The notes under the pieces: generated by a model | Database searches by the model: none | Seen by the model: the letters and a program-made list of their open reading frames with translations, nothing else | Told to the model about the DNA's origin: nothing | Part shown: positions 37,779 through 50,469 of the stretch, piece by piece | How the letters are laid out: every line of letters begins with the position of its first letter | Position numbering within the stretch: position 1 is the stretch's first letter | Translations under genes and position numbers: made by a program | DNA from: Podarcis erhardii | Lineage: Eukaryota | DNA length: 64,000 nt | Assembly (NCBI GenBank): GCA_964252035.1 | Contig: OZ176200.1 | Strand: one strand, 5' to 3'

Positions 37779-38580
37779 CCACGAATTTATATGGGCTGGA
37801 CCAAAGAAAAATGGAATTTGATTATTAAAACAACCCTATTCCTCAAGATTCTAGTGGCATAGTATGTTCAAATTAAATACAAAGAAAGCAATATCCATAA
37901 TACCTGCCTCTGTTGGCTCATGTAATGTTTCTTTTGGGGGAACAGTTTATCATGTTAAAAGATATCGCATTGCCACAAACATATTTTTTTCTGATTTTTC
38001 AATATTTCTGTTGTAAAACACAAACCTGTATTTTGCCATTGCTTATTTTTTATTTTTTCAAAAAATATATCTGTGTATCAAAGTATTCTAAAAATGTTAG
38101 CTGTACTGTACACTGACACAAATTCAGATTAACCCTTAATTTACCATTCAGAATACACTAAGAAGCCAGATCCATATAATTCACTAAAATGTTCAGTGTT
38201 TTTCCTCATTTGAATTGAATACAAAAGCAGCTTTTCCCAGCCTAGTATATTTTTCACAATAAAACCACAAATAATGCTGCTAGTTTCCTTAACCACATTA
38301 GTTCCATCACCCAATATCTCTAGTTCTCTGCTTGAAATCTACTACAGGCTGGCCCCTTTCATGCTATCTTTCTCTGCCCTCCTTTTGAGCATATCAGTGT
38401 TCATTGTTATTGGCTCGTACTGTGTACATCCTACAAAACACATGTCTTCAGGTTATGAAATTTATCAGGATTTTTAATCTGTTTTGTTTTGATATGCATT
38501 CAGATTTTTCAGAATGTTTAATGTGCTTCATGCTAGAAAGCTAAATTGTGTGCTGTAACATAGTTGTACTTGACACGTTA

Positions 38581-38819
38581 TACAGTCGTACCTTGGTTCT
38601 CAAACGCCTTGTGACTCGAACGTTTTGGCTCCCGAATGCTGCAAATCCGGAAGTGAGTGTTTCGGTTTGCAAACGTTCTTTGGAACCCAAACATCTGACA
38701 CAGCTTCCGATTGACTGCAGGAAGTTCAATCAGAAGGTGCGCCTTGGTTTTTCGAACTTTTTCGGAAGTTGAATGAACTTTCGGAACGGATTCTGTTTGA
38801 AAACCAAAGTATGACTGTA
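38581..38819. mobile_element. Tc1/mariner (Tigger-like) MITE
   Basis: tacagtcgtaccttggttctcaaac ... tttgaaaaccaaagtatgactgta TIRs with TA TSD. Confidence 0.85.
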
Positions 38820-38929
38820 CTCAGTCTGAGAACCTATTCATTATTTTTCTTAGGAATAAAGTAAGTGACATGTATGGAGCAAATGAAAAAAGCACCACAT
38901 TACTCAAGGTTTCTTCTCACATTGCTTTT

Positions 38930-39470
38930 CCTAACATGCATTCTGAAGATACAGAAATAGAGAGAAAGTGCTCCATATCATTAAAACTTGACAACAGACA
39001 ACTGTGCCTCTCAAACATAGGTTTGGTAAACCTCCCGGCAAAATGGATTCATGTAGGTTACATACATCAAACTGTTTCCAGGTTATGACAACACACAAGA
39101 ATATTGAGTCAGAAATACCCCATAAGCAACAAGAGGCCAAACAGTCCATCTTAAGACCAAATAATTGTTGCTTCACTTTAATCAGGTGAGCATGTGTGAC
39201 TTAGAAGCATGTCCACCTCATAAGTGAAAGAAAAGTAGAAACACTGTGAACTAGACAGTTAAGAGGGCCAGCTCCATGGGTGCTAACTACTGCTGTAAAA
39301 TCCTTATACATTTGTGTTACCAGGTTAAGAAATGGGTTTCTAAAGTTCCATTTAGTCAACAATGGTAGTATATACTTCCAATCCACTCTGTCAAATGCTT
39401 TTAGGGAATCCAGTGCTATTAATGCAACTAAATTTTTAATGCTATATATAAACTACAGACGACTCTCAAC
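38930..39470 (-). mobile_element. L1/Tx1-type LINE reverse-transcriptase relic
   Basis: Minus translation LVALIALDSLKAFDRVDWKYILPLLTKWNFRNPFLNLVTQMYKDFTAVVSTHG matches the L1-clade LDAEKAFDRVEW motif. Confidence 0.75.
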
Positions 39471-40299
39471 ATACACCGGGATTACATTTTGGGGATACTG
39501 TGTAAAGCCCAAATTGTTTATAGTGAAAACACATTGAGTTCAATGGTGGGTGGGATTGCCAAAGTCTTTTTTCCTGGATGCCCACCCCCTTGCTTTTTAA
39601 AAACTGCCAAGCATATAAAGCTGAATGCACACAACTGAAATGCACATAATTTGTTAGTTACTTGTATGTTATGTCTAACCTACCCCCCTTTAACAAAAAG
39701 GAACCAGCCCTTCCACCTCAGCTTGCATAGAATGGCACTTCTTAACTATGACCACTGTTACCCTCCTTGATTTAAACATGCCTGGGGCACAAAATTGATC
39801 CCCTCAATCCATATGCTGTTCAGTAAGTTATGTGTTAGCAATTTTGGGTGGATTTCCTGCAACAAAATTATGCCTTCTCAAACATATGACATAATTCTCA
39901 TGCATTTAACCGGGAAGTTCGGCCCTTTGATATTTATCAACAAGGCCTTCAGTAAGTTCTGGCTTAGTGGAATTACCATGGTTTCATGCTGTTGAGAGTC
40001 TAGGAACTTGAACCACTCAGTCTCTTAATTTGAAGTGGGAGAGCATTGGACTCTCTGTTGGAACTAACTTGAATGAATACAGTTAAACTGGAAAGCTTTT
40101 GTTATTTGATCTATTCTTGTATTAGTCTGCCCTGTTAAGGACCTGAGTGTAGAGCTCTCTCAACACTTCTGTACTTCATAGAACAGAACCATAGAATTGT
40201 AGGTTGTTCAAGGGATCCTTGGCTTTTTCTTTGAAACTATTCATACAAGGTGACAATTCACATCAATAAAGATAACTGGCTTTGCCTGAACCACCAGTT

Positions 40300-41040
40300 T
40301 AGCCTACATAATGAAGGTATGTTGGCTCCATAAAAATATTGATAGCTGGTGTGATGTGTTCCTGGAGAGTATGGCCTCTTCAAGACATCTAACTTAGCAT
40401 TTTCTTTTTCTTTTTCTTCTGGTCTGCAGAGACTAATCTACTGGTTCTTCATTTAGTGAGTAATTTGATCTTTAGCTAGTGCCTCAACCCCAGGTTTATT
40501 GCTTCTTCCATTCTTTTTGAAATATCCATCAGTTCTGATAAAATACCTATTTTGCTTCCAGAGCGGTCAATGCTGTTGTCAGCACGGCTGCCCAGGCTAC
40601 CAGCAGGTTGCTTCTCACCTGCTGACTCAGTGAGGTGACACCTCAAGCTACTGACATGGTGTTAGTCAATTTCACATCCTTAAACATTTTAGCACTTTCT
40701 TTCACCATTATAGTTTCTTTCTCCTCCCTCAAGTATTCTGAACTGTCAAAAAAGTTTTCTCTGGTGATATTCCATTTCAGAACTTTATTGGCCTTTCATT
40801 GTATCCTTCCATCAACTGGACCTATGCTTTTAGAAGTTTAACCTTGCTTTAAAGATTCCCTTTAAAAGTTGTAACCCTTTAACACTTGGAGATTTGTGGA
40901 GCCCAATGATTAGGCTGCCATTTTGCCTGATAAACCGCACACACACAGCCTCTCTCACACAACCCTTCTGGTTACTGCTCCCTGGGATGTACTTGCATGA
41001 TGAAACACATTTGTGATGAAGCGTCAGATGTGACCCTATA
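40300..41040 (-). mobile_element. Possible further decayed L1 (ORF1-region) sequence
   Basis: A-rich minus strand with degenerate coiled-coil-like coding pieces, collinear with and upstream of the L1 RT relic; no motif firmly identified. Confidence 0.3.
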
Positions 41041-41622
41041 CACAATTAGTGTGCATTCCATCTATAATAAGTTGCCTTCAATAATGTGGAAACCTGAAAA
41101 TCCTGAAGTAACTGCCCATTAATAAGTCTGCATTCAGAAACCCAGATTTATCTATCAGACACAATTTTGATTTTCCAGACTTTCCTAATGACCAGGATAT
41201 AATACCGTAGAAATAAACAAAACAAATAACCAAACGTTCTTGGGGGACAATATAGTTTTTAAGAATTATTAATCCTTATGGAATAACGTCAGTCAGAAAA
41301 TAAAAAAGGATTCAGAAGACCAGGCAAAGCAGGTTTTAAATGATTATGAAAACTCATGCTAACAATCAAATGATTTACACTGAGGAAAGGAGGGAGTATT
41401 AGCTGTATACATAAGTATACAAATTTGTGGCAGTGATGCTAGTTTTAGACAGAATAAAGTACTGTGAATTTGGCAGTATCAGTCTCTGAACCTTCCCAGC
41501 AGCATAAGAAAATTCATATATCACAGGGCTACTGAGATAAAGTAATGCTCAGCCCTAGAGGGCACAGATTTCGTCTTTATGTAAATCAGTGCCTGTCACT
41601 GCATGCATGATTCACTGCTCAG

Positions 41623-41754
41623 NNNNNNNNNNNNNNNNNNNNNNNNNNNNNNNNNNNNNNNNNNNNNNNNNNNNNNNNNNNNNNNNNNNNNNNNNNNNNN
41701 NNNNNNNNNNNNNNNNNNNNNNNNNNNNNNNNNNNNNNNNNNNNNNNNNNNNNN
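41623..41754. other. Assembly gap (132 N)
   Basis: Run of N. Confidence 1.
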
Positions 41755-43603
41755 TAAAACTGTGGATAATTACAATTTTTCTTTTTTTCCTCTTTGTTTT
41801 TTTTTTAATGGAAGGAAAGGCTTCTGAGGCCACTGATAACTGTATCATGCTAGGCTGTTACCAAAATAAAGCTGCAGTCTTCTTCACAGTATGGAGGAAA
41901 GAAAATGAAGAGAGAGAGAGAGAGAGAGAATGACTAGGATGCTGGTAGAAAAGGAGGAGCAATGGCATTCATGAATATTCATAGCCAGTCACATCTGTAG
42001 CAGTCTTGCTTTCTACTTTTTCCTTGGTAGTTCATAGACTATAACCACTAACAAAAAAAAAGTGATTATGCAGTTTCATTAGGTTTCAGGTTTAATATAT
42101 TTCCAAAGTATCATGGAGAAGTCTTAAATTCTACCCATCCCTCAATGCAAATGCCTTTAATAAAATAATGTATTGTTTTCTTTAATTTTAGATTAAAAAG
42201 TTTTTGTTTTGCTTTTCTATATCAAATGAATGTAAAAAGGGAAAAAAATCAGTTGCCAAAAAACATGGTTTGTAAACATGCAGAAAATTCATCAAATATT
42301 ATCTGACCAAGAAAAAAAGAAAAGAAAGATGTTCATATACAGAGGCCTGGAGGAATATTACTTCATAAGAGAAACCAAAGTGAAAATGCTACTACACAAA
42401 AATAAGAATGACTGATAAATTTAGCAGCCTCATGTTCAATTTTCAAACAGCACAGCAAAGATTTATAGCCCTGCTGCTTCATATGGCAAATGAAACAGCA
42501 CATAGAAAGCATTTATGTTATTTCACATATTACAGTGTTTTATACCTTATATCCCAGTGCTATTGATTAGCATTGAGATCACAGTCTCAATAATGTCATT
42601 AGAGCCTGTATATGGCAGACTGTGATTAACAGAAATGGTAGCAGTTTCTCAATAAGGCCTTTAGCAGTTTCGAAGAGGCTGCAAAGAGAAGTGTATAGTG
42701 TCTGCAGGAATTAATACAAAAATTCAAATTTGCACTTGGGGAGGCTTAAATCCAAATTATGTAATTCTTTCAACTGGAATATAAGATGGATAGTTACTTT
42801 TAAAATGCAGTTCCAAATAAATGTATTCATGGGACTTTGTTTTCCCAAGACAATTAGAAGACTGTGGCAGGTATGGGGATTAGGTAACTGGAAAGGTTCT
42901 TTTGATGCAATACAAGTCACATCAAACAGAAGTTTCTCCAGCCTTTGAAATATCTAAGCTACCTTCAGGACTGACAAATCTTTGACAATATAGATGCATA
43001 AAAGGGTTCGTTTTCAATTTGGAATTTGTAACACTGCCAGACTCATTCTGCATAAACATTAGAGACCAATAAATACATTTTTTTTCAGACTTCACCTTCT
43101 TTGGTTGGCTATCCTGTATTTCAAATTAGCTATTTGGCAATTAATTCTTACTTTGAATTACAGAGGCCAGCAAGGTTACTACAGCTCAGTGAACCACTCT
43201 CATGAAAGCCAAAATACAGCACAGGACCCCTTAACCCACCCCTCCAAAGCATACACAGCAACAGAAGCTTTGGAAAATCCTTTCTTCTGCACCTTGACTG
43301 CTCCCTCCCATCTTCCTTGTCATGGCTCACAAATGCGGGTGAGGGAGCAGTCAATGTACCTAAAAAGTGGACTTTGGTAAAGCTTCTGTTGCTTTATGAT
43401 GGGGAGGTACACAAGAAAACAACTCCCTGTGACTTGAAATGTAGAATGTGCCTAATATGCATAATAAATTATTGTCGTTATTATTTATTCAATTTATATG
43501 CCACCCTTTATCGGAAGATCCAAGGGCGGTGTACAACATTAAGAACACATTTTAAAGAGCATAATTATAAAAACAATAAAAAGCATAATAATAGATAGCA
43601 TAA

Positions 43604-43926
43604 TACAATGGTGCCCCGCAAGACGAATGCCTCGCAAGACGAAAAACCCGCTAGACGAAAGGGTTTTCCGTTTTGGAGGTGCTTCGCAAGACGAATTTCC
43701 CTATGGTCTTGCTTCGCAAGACGAAAATGTCTTGCGAGTTTTTCCGACTTCCCCCCCTTTTTTCCTCCTTTTTCTAAGCCGCTAAGCCGCTTATCTGCTA
43801 ATCCGCTAAGCCGCTAATAGCGCTAAGCCGCTAAGCCGCTAATGGGCTTGCTTCGTAAGACAAAAAAACCGCTAGACGAAGAGACTCGCGGAACGGATTC
43901 TTTTCGTCTTGCGAGGCACCACTGTA
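43604..43926. mobile_element. Tc1/mariner (Tigger-like) MITE with internal (gctaagcc)n array, inserted in an L2 tail
   Basis: TIRs taca(a)tggtgccccgcaagacgaa / ttcgtcttgcgaggcaccactgta with TA TSD; repeated gcaagacgaa; gctaagcc repeats at about 43772-43842; the flank 43470-43600 is a reverse L2 3' tail. Confidence 0.9.
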
Positions 43927-44039
43927 ATAAAATAACCATAAAGGCAGCCCCCCCCCCCAAAAAAAAACCTTGAACAGGCTATTGAATATTTAATGGCCAA
44001 AGGCCTGGGGATGTTTTGCCTGGCACCTAAAGACAAGTA

Positions 44040-44520
44040 ATGATGAAGCCAGATGAGCCTTTCTGAGAAGAGCATTCCATGGACGAAGAGCCACCACAGA
44101 AAAGGCCTGTTCTCATGTTGCCACCCTCGGAACCTCTTGAGGAGGGAGGACATAGCTCTGGGGCTCCAGCATTGCGGCAATGACTAGGCTGGGGCCTGTG
44201 CCTCCGCTGTGGGGATTCTGTTTGGGCCTGCTGTAGCCACAGAGGTGCTTCCGGGTGCACCTGTGGCTGCTGCAGGTCCCCAAAGGGCATGGGGCAAGAA
44301 GGCCTCCCTAGCAACTTGAAAGGGTGGGAGTAGAGGGTGGGCTACCCTGGCCCTTTGCAGGGCCAGGTCTCCCAAGGTATGGTGATTAGTTACACCTTGT
44401 TCCCCCGGCCTATACCGATCAGGTCAGGGTTTATATATTTAAATAAATGTGGACCAGCCAACTTTTTGTGCCTTGCCTCTTTCCCCCCCATGTGTGGCCA
44501 CAATCCCTGCTTGTCTATCT
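44040..44520. mobile_element. GC-rich LTR-like repeat
   Basis: GC-rich block ending in tatatttaaataaatgtgg (polyA-signal-like) and a pyrimidine-rich U5-like tail; similar architecture at 45240-45540 and 47230-47545. Confidence 0.35.
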
Positions 44521-45669
44521 AATTACAATTATAGGCTGGTGGGTCACGTTTCAGGCTGAGTCTCTTTCCCAAAGTGGGCCCTCCCATTTTGCATTCTGTA
44601 AAATAACAGGATTAGGAGGAGAGGAGCATGCGATGGAGCAAAGGAACACAGGAAGTTCTTTCCGTCACCCACATTCTTCTAGTTTTCATACTGAGCTACT
44701 TTTTAGCCAGAGGGGATATAGATGCTAATTATCTTCCTCACCTGTTCCTTTATTTTTCCTGAAGCAGAAAGGTGTGGCTGGGAGAAAAATTCCAAGAAAC
44801 TGACGGAAAGACAGGTGGGGTGAGACAAAAATTACTGCCTTCTTTGCCTTTCCTAACTCCATTTCTTCTAAGCAGTTTCAGAAAGCCCAGAGGATGATAT
44901 TCAAATTGTGATTATTATTGCTACATTTGCTGTCAGTAATTTGATTTCTTACCCACCCTGCACTCTAATGTCCCAGGCCAGTTAAAGCAATGTAAAATAC
45001 ATTAATAAATGCAGTCACAGGAATAGGGTGGGTCCTGAAAATGTATATTTCAGGTGTTGGTGTGCATGCGTCCCCATGTGCAACCTGGGAGCTGCCAGTT
45101 ATCAACCTTCAACTGTAAACATTCTGAGCAGGAAATGCATTATTTCTGTATTCTACAAAACACAAAGCAGCCTGCTGATGCCAAATTAATATGCAGTAGA
45201 GGAATTAAAGGTGGTGCCATAGCCAAACAGCCCATGAAGAAAGATGAGGTGGATACCTCAGGGCCTGAGGACTGCCCCACTCACGACCACTGCCTCCTAT
45301 GCGGACATGCCACTCTGCCTCCTCCAAGACCGGCCTCCTCCACTGCTGTCAGCATCCCACGCCACTGCTGCCTCCACTGCTGTAGATGCATCTGTGGTGG
45401 CAGTGAGGTGTGGTGCACTTGCAGGGTAGAAGGCAGTGGCATTGGCAGGCAGGGACTTTTGCCTTAAGTAGCAAAAGGTCCCAGGTTAGTCTGGGAGGTA
45501 CCAATGAAACTGGGGAAGATATAGATAATCAAGTTAGTGTTAATGTACTGTTGTTTGGGTGCTAGGCAAATGGAAGGCAAGAATGCAGAGTGTATCCGTG
45601 TGAATAGCGAATGCACCTATGCTGCTTGATATGATAGGCAAGTTTAGTAATTACTATAACCAGTACGAC

Positions 45670-45785
45670 ATTTCTAGAAAAAGAGGTGCTGGAACTCACC
45701 ATGAATGCCTCCCTTGTTCCATGACAATGGTGCCCACCTGAGAGGTGCCGGAACTGAGTTCCTGTGATTTCCAGCTGAAAAAACT
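45670..45785. mobile_element. MITE (tttctagaaaaagaggtgc family)
   Basis: Shares tttctagaaaaagaggtgc.ggaactc with 14182-14205; a reverse copy lies at about 53350-53470. Confidence 0.6.
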
Positions 45786-45802
45786 AACTATAGCTCTCAT
45801 TA

Positions 45803-46036
45803 CAGATAGGTAGCCGTGTTGGTCTGCCATAGTCAAAACAAAACAAATTCCTTCCAGTGGCACCTTAAAGACCAACTAAGTCAGTTCTTGGTATGAGCTT
45901 TCGTGTGCATGCACACTTCTTCAGATACATTCTTCAGTATCTGAAGAAGTGTGCATGCACACGAAAGCTCATACCAAGAACTGACTTAGTTGGTCTTTAA
46001 GGTGCTACTGGAAGGAATTTGTTTTGTTTTGACTAT
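45803..46036. mobile_element. Penelope-like insertion with inverted (hairpin) terminal arrangement
   Basis: Arms 45829-45928 and 45937-46036 are reverse complements with one mismatch, separated by an 8-nt loop; the flanking direct repeat actatagctctcatta lies at 45787-45802 and 46032-46047. Confidence 0.8.
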
Positions 46037-46061
46037 AGCTCTCATTAATTATACACGTACG

Positions 46062-46243
46062 CACTGGCGAAGGAAGGGGGTGCGGTGGGTGCGCTCCGCC
46101 CCAAGTGTCATCCCTGGGGGGTGACATCGCCGCACTGCCCCCTGGGATGGGCAGCGCCCCCCTAGGACACTCGCCCCACCTCTGCCCTCGGGTACACAGT
46201 ATATGCGCCACTCCAGGTGCCGAAGCAGCTAGCGCCGCCTCTG
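46062..46243. mobile_element. GC-rich hAT-type MITE
   Basis: Ends cactggcg... / ...cgccgcctctg with an 8-bp TSD cacgtacg / cacgtaca (7/8 match). Confidence 0.7.
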
Positions 46244-46842
46244 CACGTACATGTGTGTGTAAAAGTGTGTTTCTATTTATAGCTAAACCTATATTGTAAC
46301 CCTGCTTATTTTAATTTCTGGTAGCCGATCAGAAGAATGGTGTACCATGACAAGTATTCACAGGACCATACAGAGACAGGGTGCCGCTCTATTACCATTT
46401 TGGTGTGTATATTTGAGTTTAAGCAGAGGAAAGTCAGAAATATGACACATTCAGCAAAGGGGTGCATATATTTGTATTTAAGTTATCTGCAAAGTCACTT
46501 GTCCTAGGCAGTAGTAAAGGTTTTCTGGAATATCTTCTACTTGCATGAATCTTTGATCATATTCTTCAAGTGTATGACATGATATGTATTCTGCACTGTG
46601 CCTCATGTTCTTGAATTATTTACTTTGGCATCCTTTGCTGTGGATTAACTGGTTGGTTGTAGTTCCCCATGTTTTCCACAGTGCTTAATTGTTTCATCTG
46701 CTGCAAATGTATAATAGGTACATGTGATTTGATGTGTAGTACATAACTGGACTCATCTTGACATAGTTGCAGCTTGGGTTATATATACGATATTGCAGTA
46801 CAGGCATCACCCCACTTATCTGTGTTCTACTCATGTATGAAG

Positions 46843-47206
46843 GGGACGCAGGTGGCACTGTGGTCTAAACCACTGAGCCTCTTGGACTTGCCAGTCAGGG
46901 TGAGCTCCTGTTGCTCAGTCCCAGCTCCTGCCAACCTGGCAGTTCAAAAGCACGCTCCCCAAAAAAGAGTGCAAGTAGATAAATAGGTACCGCTCCAGCG
47001 GGAAGGTAAATGGCCTTTCTGTGTGCTGCTCTGGTCTCGGTGTTCTGTTGCGCCAGAAGCGGCTTAGTCATGCTGGCCACATGACCTGGAAAAACTGTCT
47101 GCGGACAAACGCCAGCTCCCTCAGCCTGTAAAGCGAGATGAGCACCGCAACCCCAGAGTCGTCTGCGACTGGACTTAACTGTCAGGGGTCCTTTACCTTT
47201 ACCTTT
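46843..47206 (+). mobile_element. Full-length Sauria SINE
   Basis: gggacgcaggtggcactgtggtctaaaccactgagcc...gtagataaataggtaccgctc...gtcatgctggccacatgacc...cctttacctttaccttt; 13-bp TSD tactcatgtatga. Confidence 0.93.
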
Positions 47207-48419
47207 TACTCATGTATGACCGCTTTTATGCAGGTCACTGTGAAATAAATAAACTGCTGCCTGGAAATTGCTTTCAGACGCTCACTCACTCACTGCAATG
47301 GAGGAGGGGACTGGAGGGAAGGCACGCTGGGCAGTGGCCCTAAGCCAGGTAGTGGCCCCGAGCGACTTCAAGGCAGCAGCCCTCGTGGTACACCTCTCTC
47401 TCTACACCCCATGTGCCCATCCTATTAAAGTGGGATGCTGCCCACTTTACATGATTTCAGTTTTGTGTGCGGAATGTAACCCCTGCGTAAGAGGGGGGAC
47501 ACCTGTACACCACCTCACCTGACTGAACTGGTGTGAAAATATTTCTCTGCTGCTGTTTATATTTCCTGTTTCATAACCTTTATTTTATTTTGAATATTTT
47601 ATGCTTCAGTTGTTCAGGGTAGTGTTTTACTTTTGTTGCTGTTTTAATTATTGCACCATTTTGGGGGGGTTGCAGCACAAACCAGTATGAAAAGTATAAA
47701 TAGCTGGGTTATCCATCTAGGGTCACTAAAGTGGTTATAGCAGGAAAAGTCCTACACAACAGTTGGAATGTTAACCTAATTCCCATGCCCTTAGTACATT
47801 TGTTCCACTTTATTATCTGTGATTTTAATTTTAGAAGACCGATGCAAATACTACTATTTAAAACGCTATCTTACGATACACATATTCATGAATTCCACTG
47901 TAGTTTGTAGGCGATAATGTGGCTTTCTAAACACAAACTAATCACAAATTGTTATCTTCTCTTACCTCCCCCCCTTATTAGAATGTTAAAATGTATTAAG
48001 GAGAGCATTCCTCAGTGTGAATTTCAGAAATAATGAAAACAAAATTGACTAAATCAAAAAACCACAATGAGTGAACTCCAACTTTTAAGTGCTATGGGAA
48101 CAGAACCATTAGTTACTTTAAGTAAGCACTGTTAAAATAAAATCAATACATAGTACCATCAAAATAAACACTTTCCACTACTGCTTTTTTTAAAGAGACA
48201 CAAAAGAAATATAAAGTACAGTATGTCTGACATCAGCGAGTAATCACATTATTTATAGCTCTGAGAGGCAATAAGAATAATCAGGTATATGTTAACATGA
48301 TCCCTTCCCCTTTTTCAAAGCAGAGCAAATGTGAGCCAACAATACCCTCTATCTGTATCTGAAAGGTATGAATTGCAATCCACAGTAGAGCACCCCAACA
48401 AACATTACCCTTGAGGACA

Positions 48420-48955
48420 GTTATAAGTTGGGGGGAAGATAAGGCCTTAAAGCTTTAGATTCAGTAAAGGGTTAGAATTCTGGTGATGGCTCGCAGGGGG
48501 TGGGTAAGTGAAGACACAAAAAGCTGGTAATAGCTTGGTATGTTTGATAATGGTAAGACGGTGGCCCGTGATGGAAGCTGCAGGGAAAAGGTGGTCACTT
48601 TGCAACAGGCTTGGGAAATGGAGGTTTCCAGGGTCACAGTGGGTGATACTGTAAGTAAAACAGGGAGTTGTTTTTTTCTGAAAGTGGTACTGGGGAAAAG
48701 GAGAAGGGAGTGGGCAAAATGCCTGTGGGAGTGGAGAAGAAGCAGGGATAACCATGAGGCACAAATGACATGGCTGATTCCCATTTGTAGATCACAGTTT
48801 GCTGCTCTTAGGAGAACAACAAATGCTGGGAAATCTCTTCATCTTGATGCAGGTTGTAAATATATGTAACCTATATGTAAACCATATTCCATAAAGACAC
48901 TGCAGTCTCTGCTGTGGCTCATTTTTTTCAAAGGAAACACTAGCCCTTGTTACAT
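48420..48955 (-). mobile_element. Solo-LTR-like repeat
   Basis: The minus strand starts tgtaacaagggctagtgtttcc and shares its first ~90 bp with 9270-9360. The other boundary is approximate. Confidence 0.45.
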
Positions 48956-48983
48956 GCCAAGACCCCCATAATCTCTGCTGAGA

Positions 48984-49070
48984 GACGCCCAAAGTGGCTG
49001 GGGAGACCCAGCCAGATAGGCGGGGTATAAATAATAAAAATATTATTATTATTATTAATAATAATAATAA
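48984..49070 (+). mobile_element. Very short L2 3' tail with (TAT)/(AAT) microsatellite
   Basis: cgcccaaagtggctggggagacccagccagatagggcggggtataaataataaa, the same tail as 27810-27865. Confidence 0.85.
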
Positions 49071-49849
49071 TCTCAGCAGAGATTGGGGTGGCATGTAACT
49101 AAGAATACTTTTTACATGTCTTGAAACTTGTCACTATAAGAGCTGAACCAAAACAAGAGAAACTGGGGCCAATTTTCTAACATAAATTCAGCCAACACAG
49201 CATAACAGGAAGATACAATGCCTGGTATGTCTGAATGGATTATAAACACAGATTAATCTACGTTCTGTTGCAGGAGAATGACCGCCACCAACAGGAACCC
49301 AGGAAAAATTCAGAACAAGTTCCTTATTTAGTTCAGAATCAGTCATTTTCTGTGGCTCAATTTATTATACTTTGAAAACAACATTTAAAGCATTTGGCTT
49401 GGGATCGGCAAGGAAGATGCACCTTTGCTTCATTACAGTTCTCAAATATTTTCTAAATATTTTTTCCCTTTTGATGCATGCTAGTTAAAAAAAAGAGAAG
49501 ATGGAGGGAATTCTGTATCAAGGTGCTCAATATTCATTCAGACTAGGGACAACTCCCCCAATCTTAAGACATCTCAGTGGCTTGCCTAGAAAGGTGTCTT
49601 CCACTAGAAGAATTGTGTGCATTGTGTGAGGGGGGAAAGACCCAAACTGAATGATGCTGACCAATTTGTATAATCTTTCTTTTTTCCAAAACTCAAGACC
49701 TTTCTATAATCCATCCATGCTGCAACCTGCAACTCCTGTTCTTCCTTATTTTTGTAATATTCATAGTATCATAGTATAAGATACATTGTAACACTGAACT
49801 AACAAAATAATCCACTAGCTACCACAAGAGTTCACATAACAGCATTACG

Positions 49850-50095
49850 TACAGTGGTACCTCGGGTTACATACGCTTCAGGCTATATACACTTCAGGTT
49901 ACAGACTCCGCTAACCCAGAAATAGCACCTCAAGTTAAGAACTTTGCTTCAGGATGAGAACAGAAATCGTGCTCTGGCAGAGCGGCCGCAGCAGGAGGCC
50001 CCATTAGTTAAAGTGGTGCTTCAGGTTAAGAACAGTTTCAGGTTAAGAATGGACCTCTGGAACGAATTAAGTACTTAACCCGGGGTACCACTGTA
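49850..50095. mobile_element. Tc1/mariner (Tigger-like) MITE
   Basis: TIRs tacagtggtacctcgggtta / taacccggggtaccactgta with TA TSD. Confidence 0.9.
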
Positions 50096-50424
50096 CTACA
50101 TTTCCCTGCTTCCTCTGATGGTTCTTTGACTCCAAGCCTATGTCTTTCGATATTTAGCTGTATGATCTTAAAGAATCTTAGAGAAAATAGTAGAGCGGAC
50201 CAGATTCATTGTTCACATATAACTGAATGCCATAAACATGGTTGCTGGAAGTAAATGACATTTTTCTTTATATAGCACAGTCTACAGTAACTAAAGCAAA
50301 GAGTTAAACAGCTATTCATGAAAAAAAACTACAATAATGCCTGTCTGGGACTATCATGGCAAAACAAACATGCAAACAAACCTGGACTCCAGTCTGCTTT
50401 AAGCTGTTGAACTCAAAAAGTGCT

Positions 50425-50469
50425 ACTAGATAACCATCGTGGTCCCTTCCAATTCTACAATTCTATGAC

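Noticed and set aside
45054-45467. 137-aa plus-strand ORF
   Set aside because: It starts at TTG and its 3' half lies in a GC-rich LTR-like repeat; no recognisable domain.
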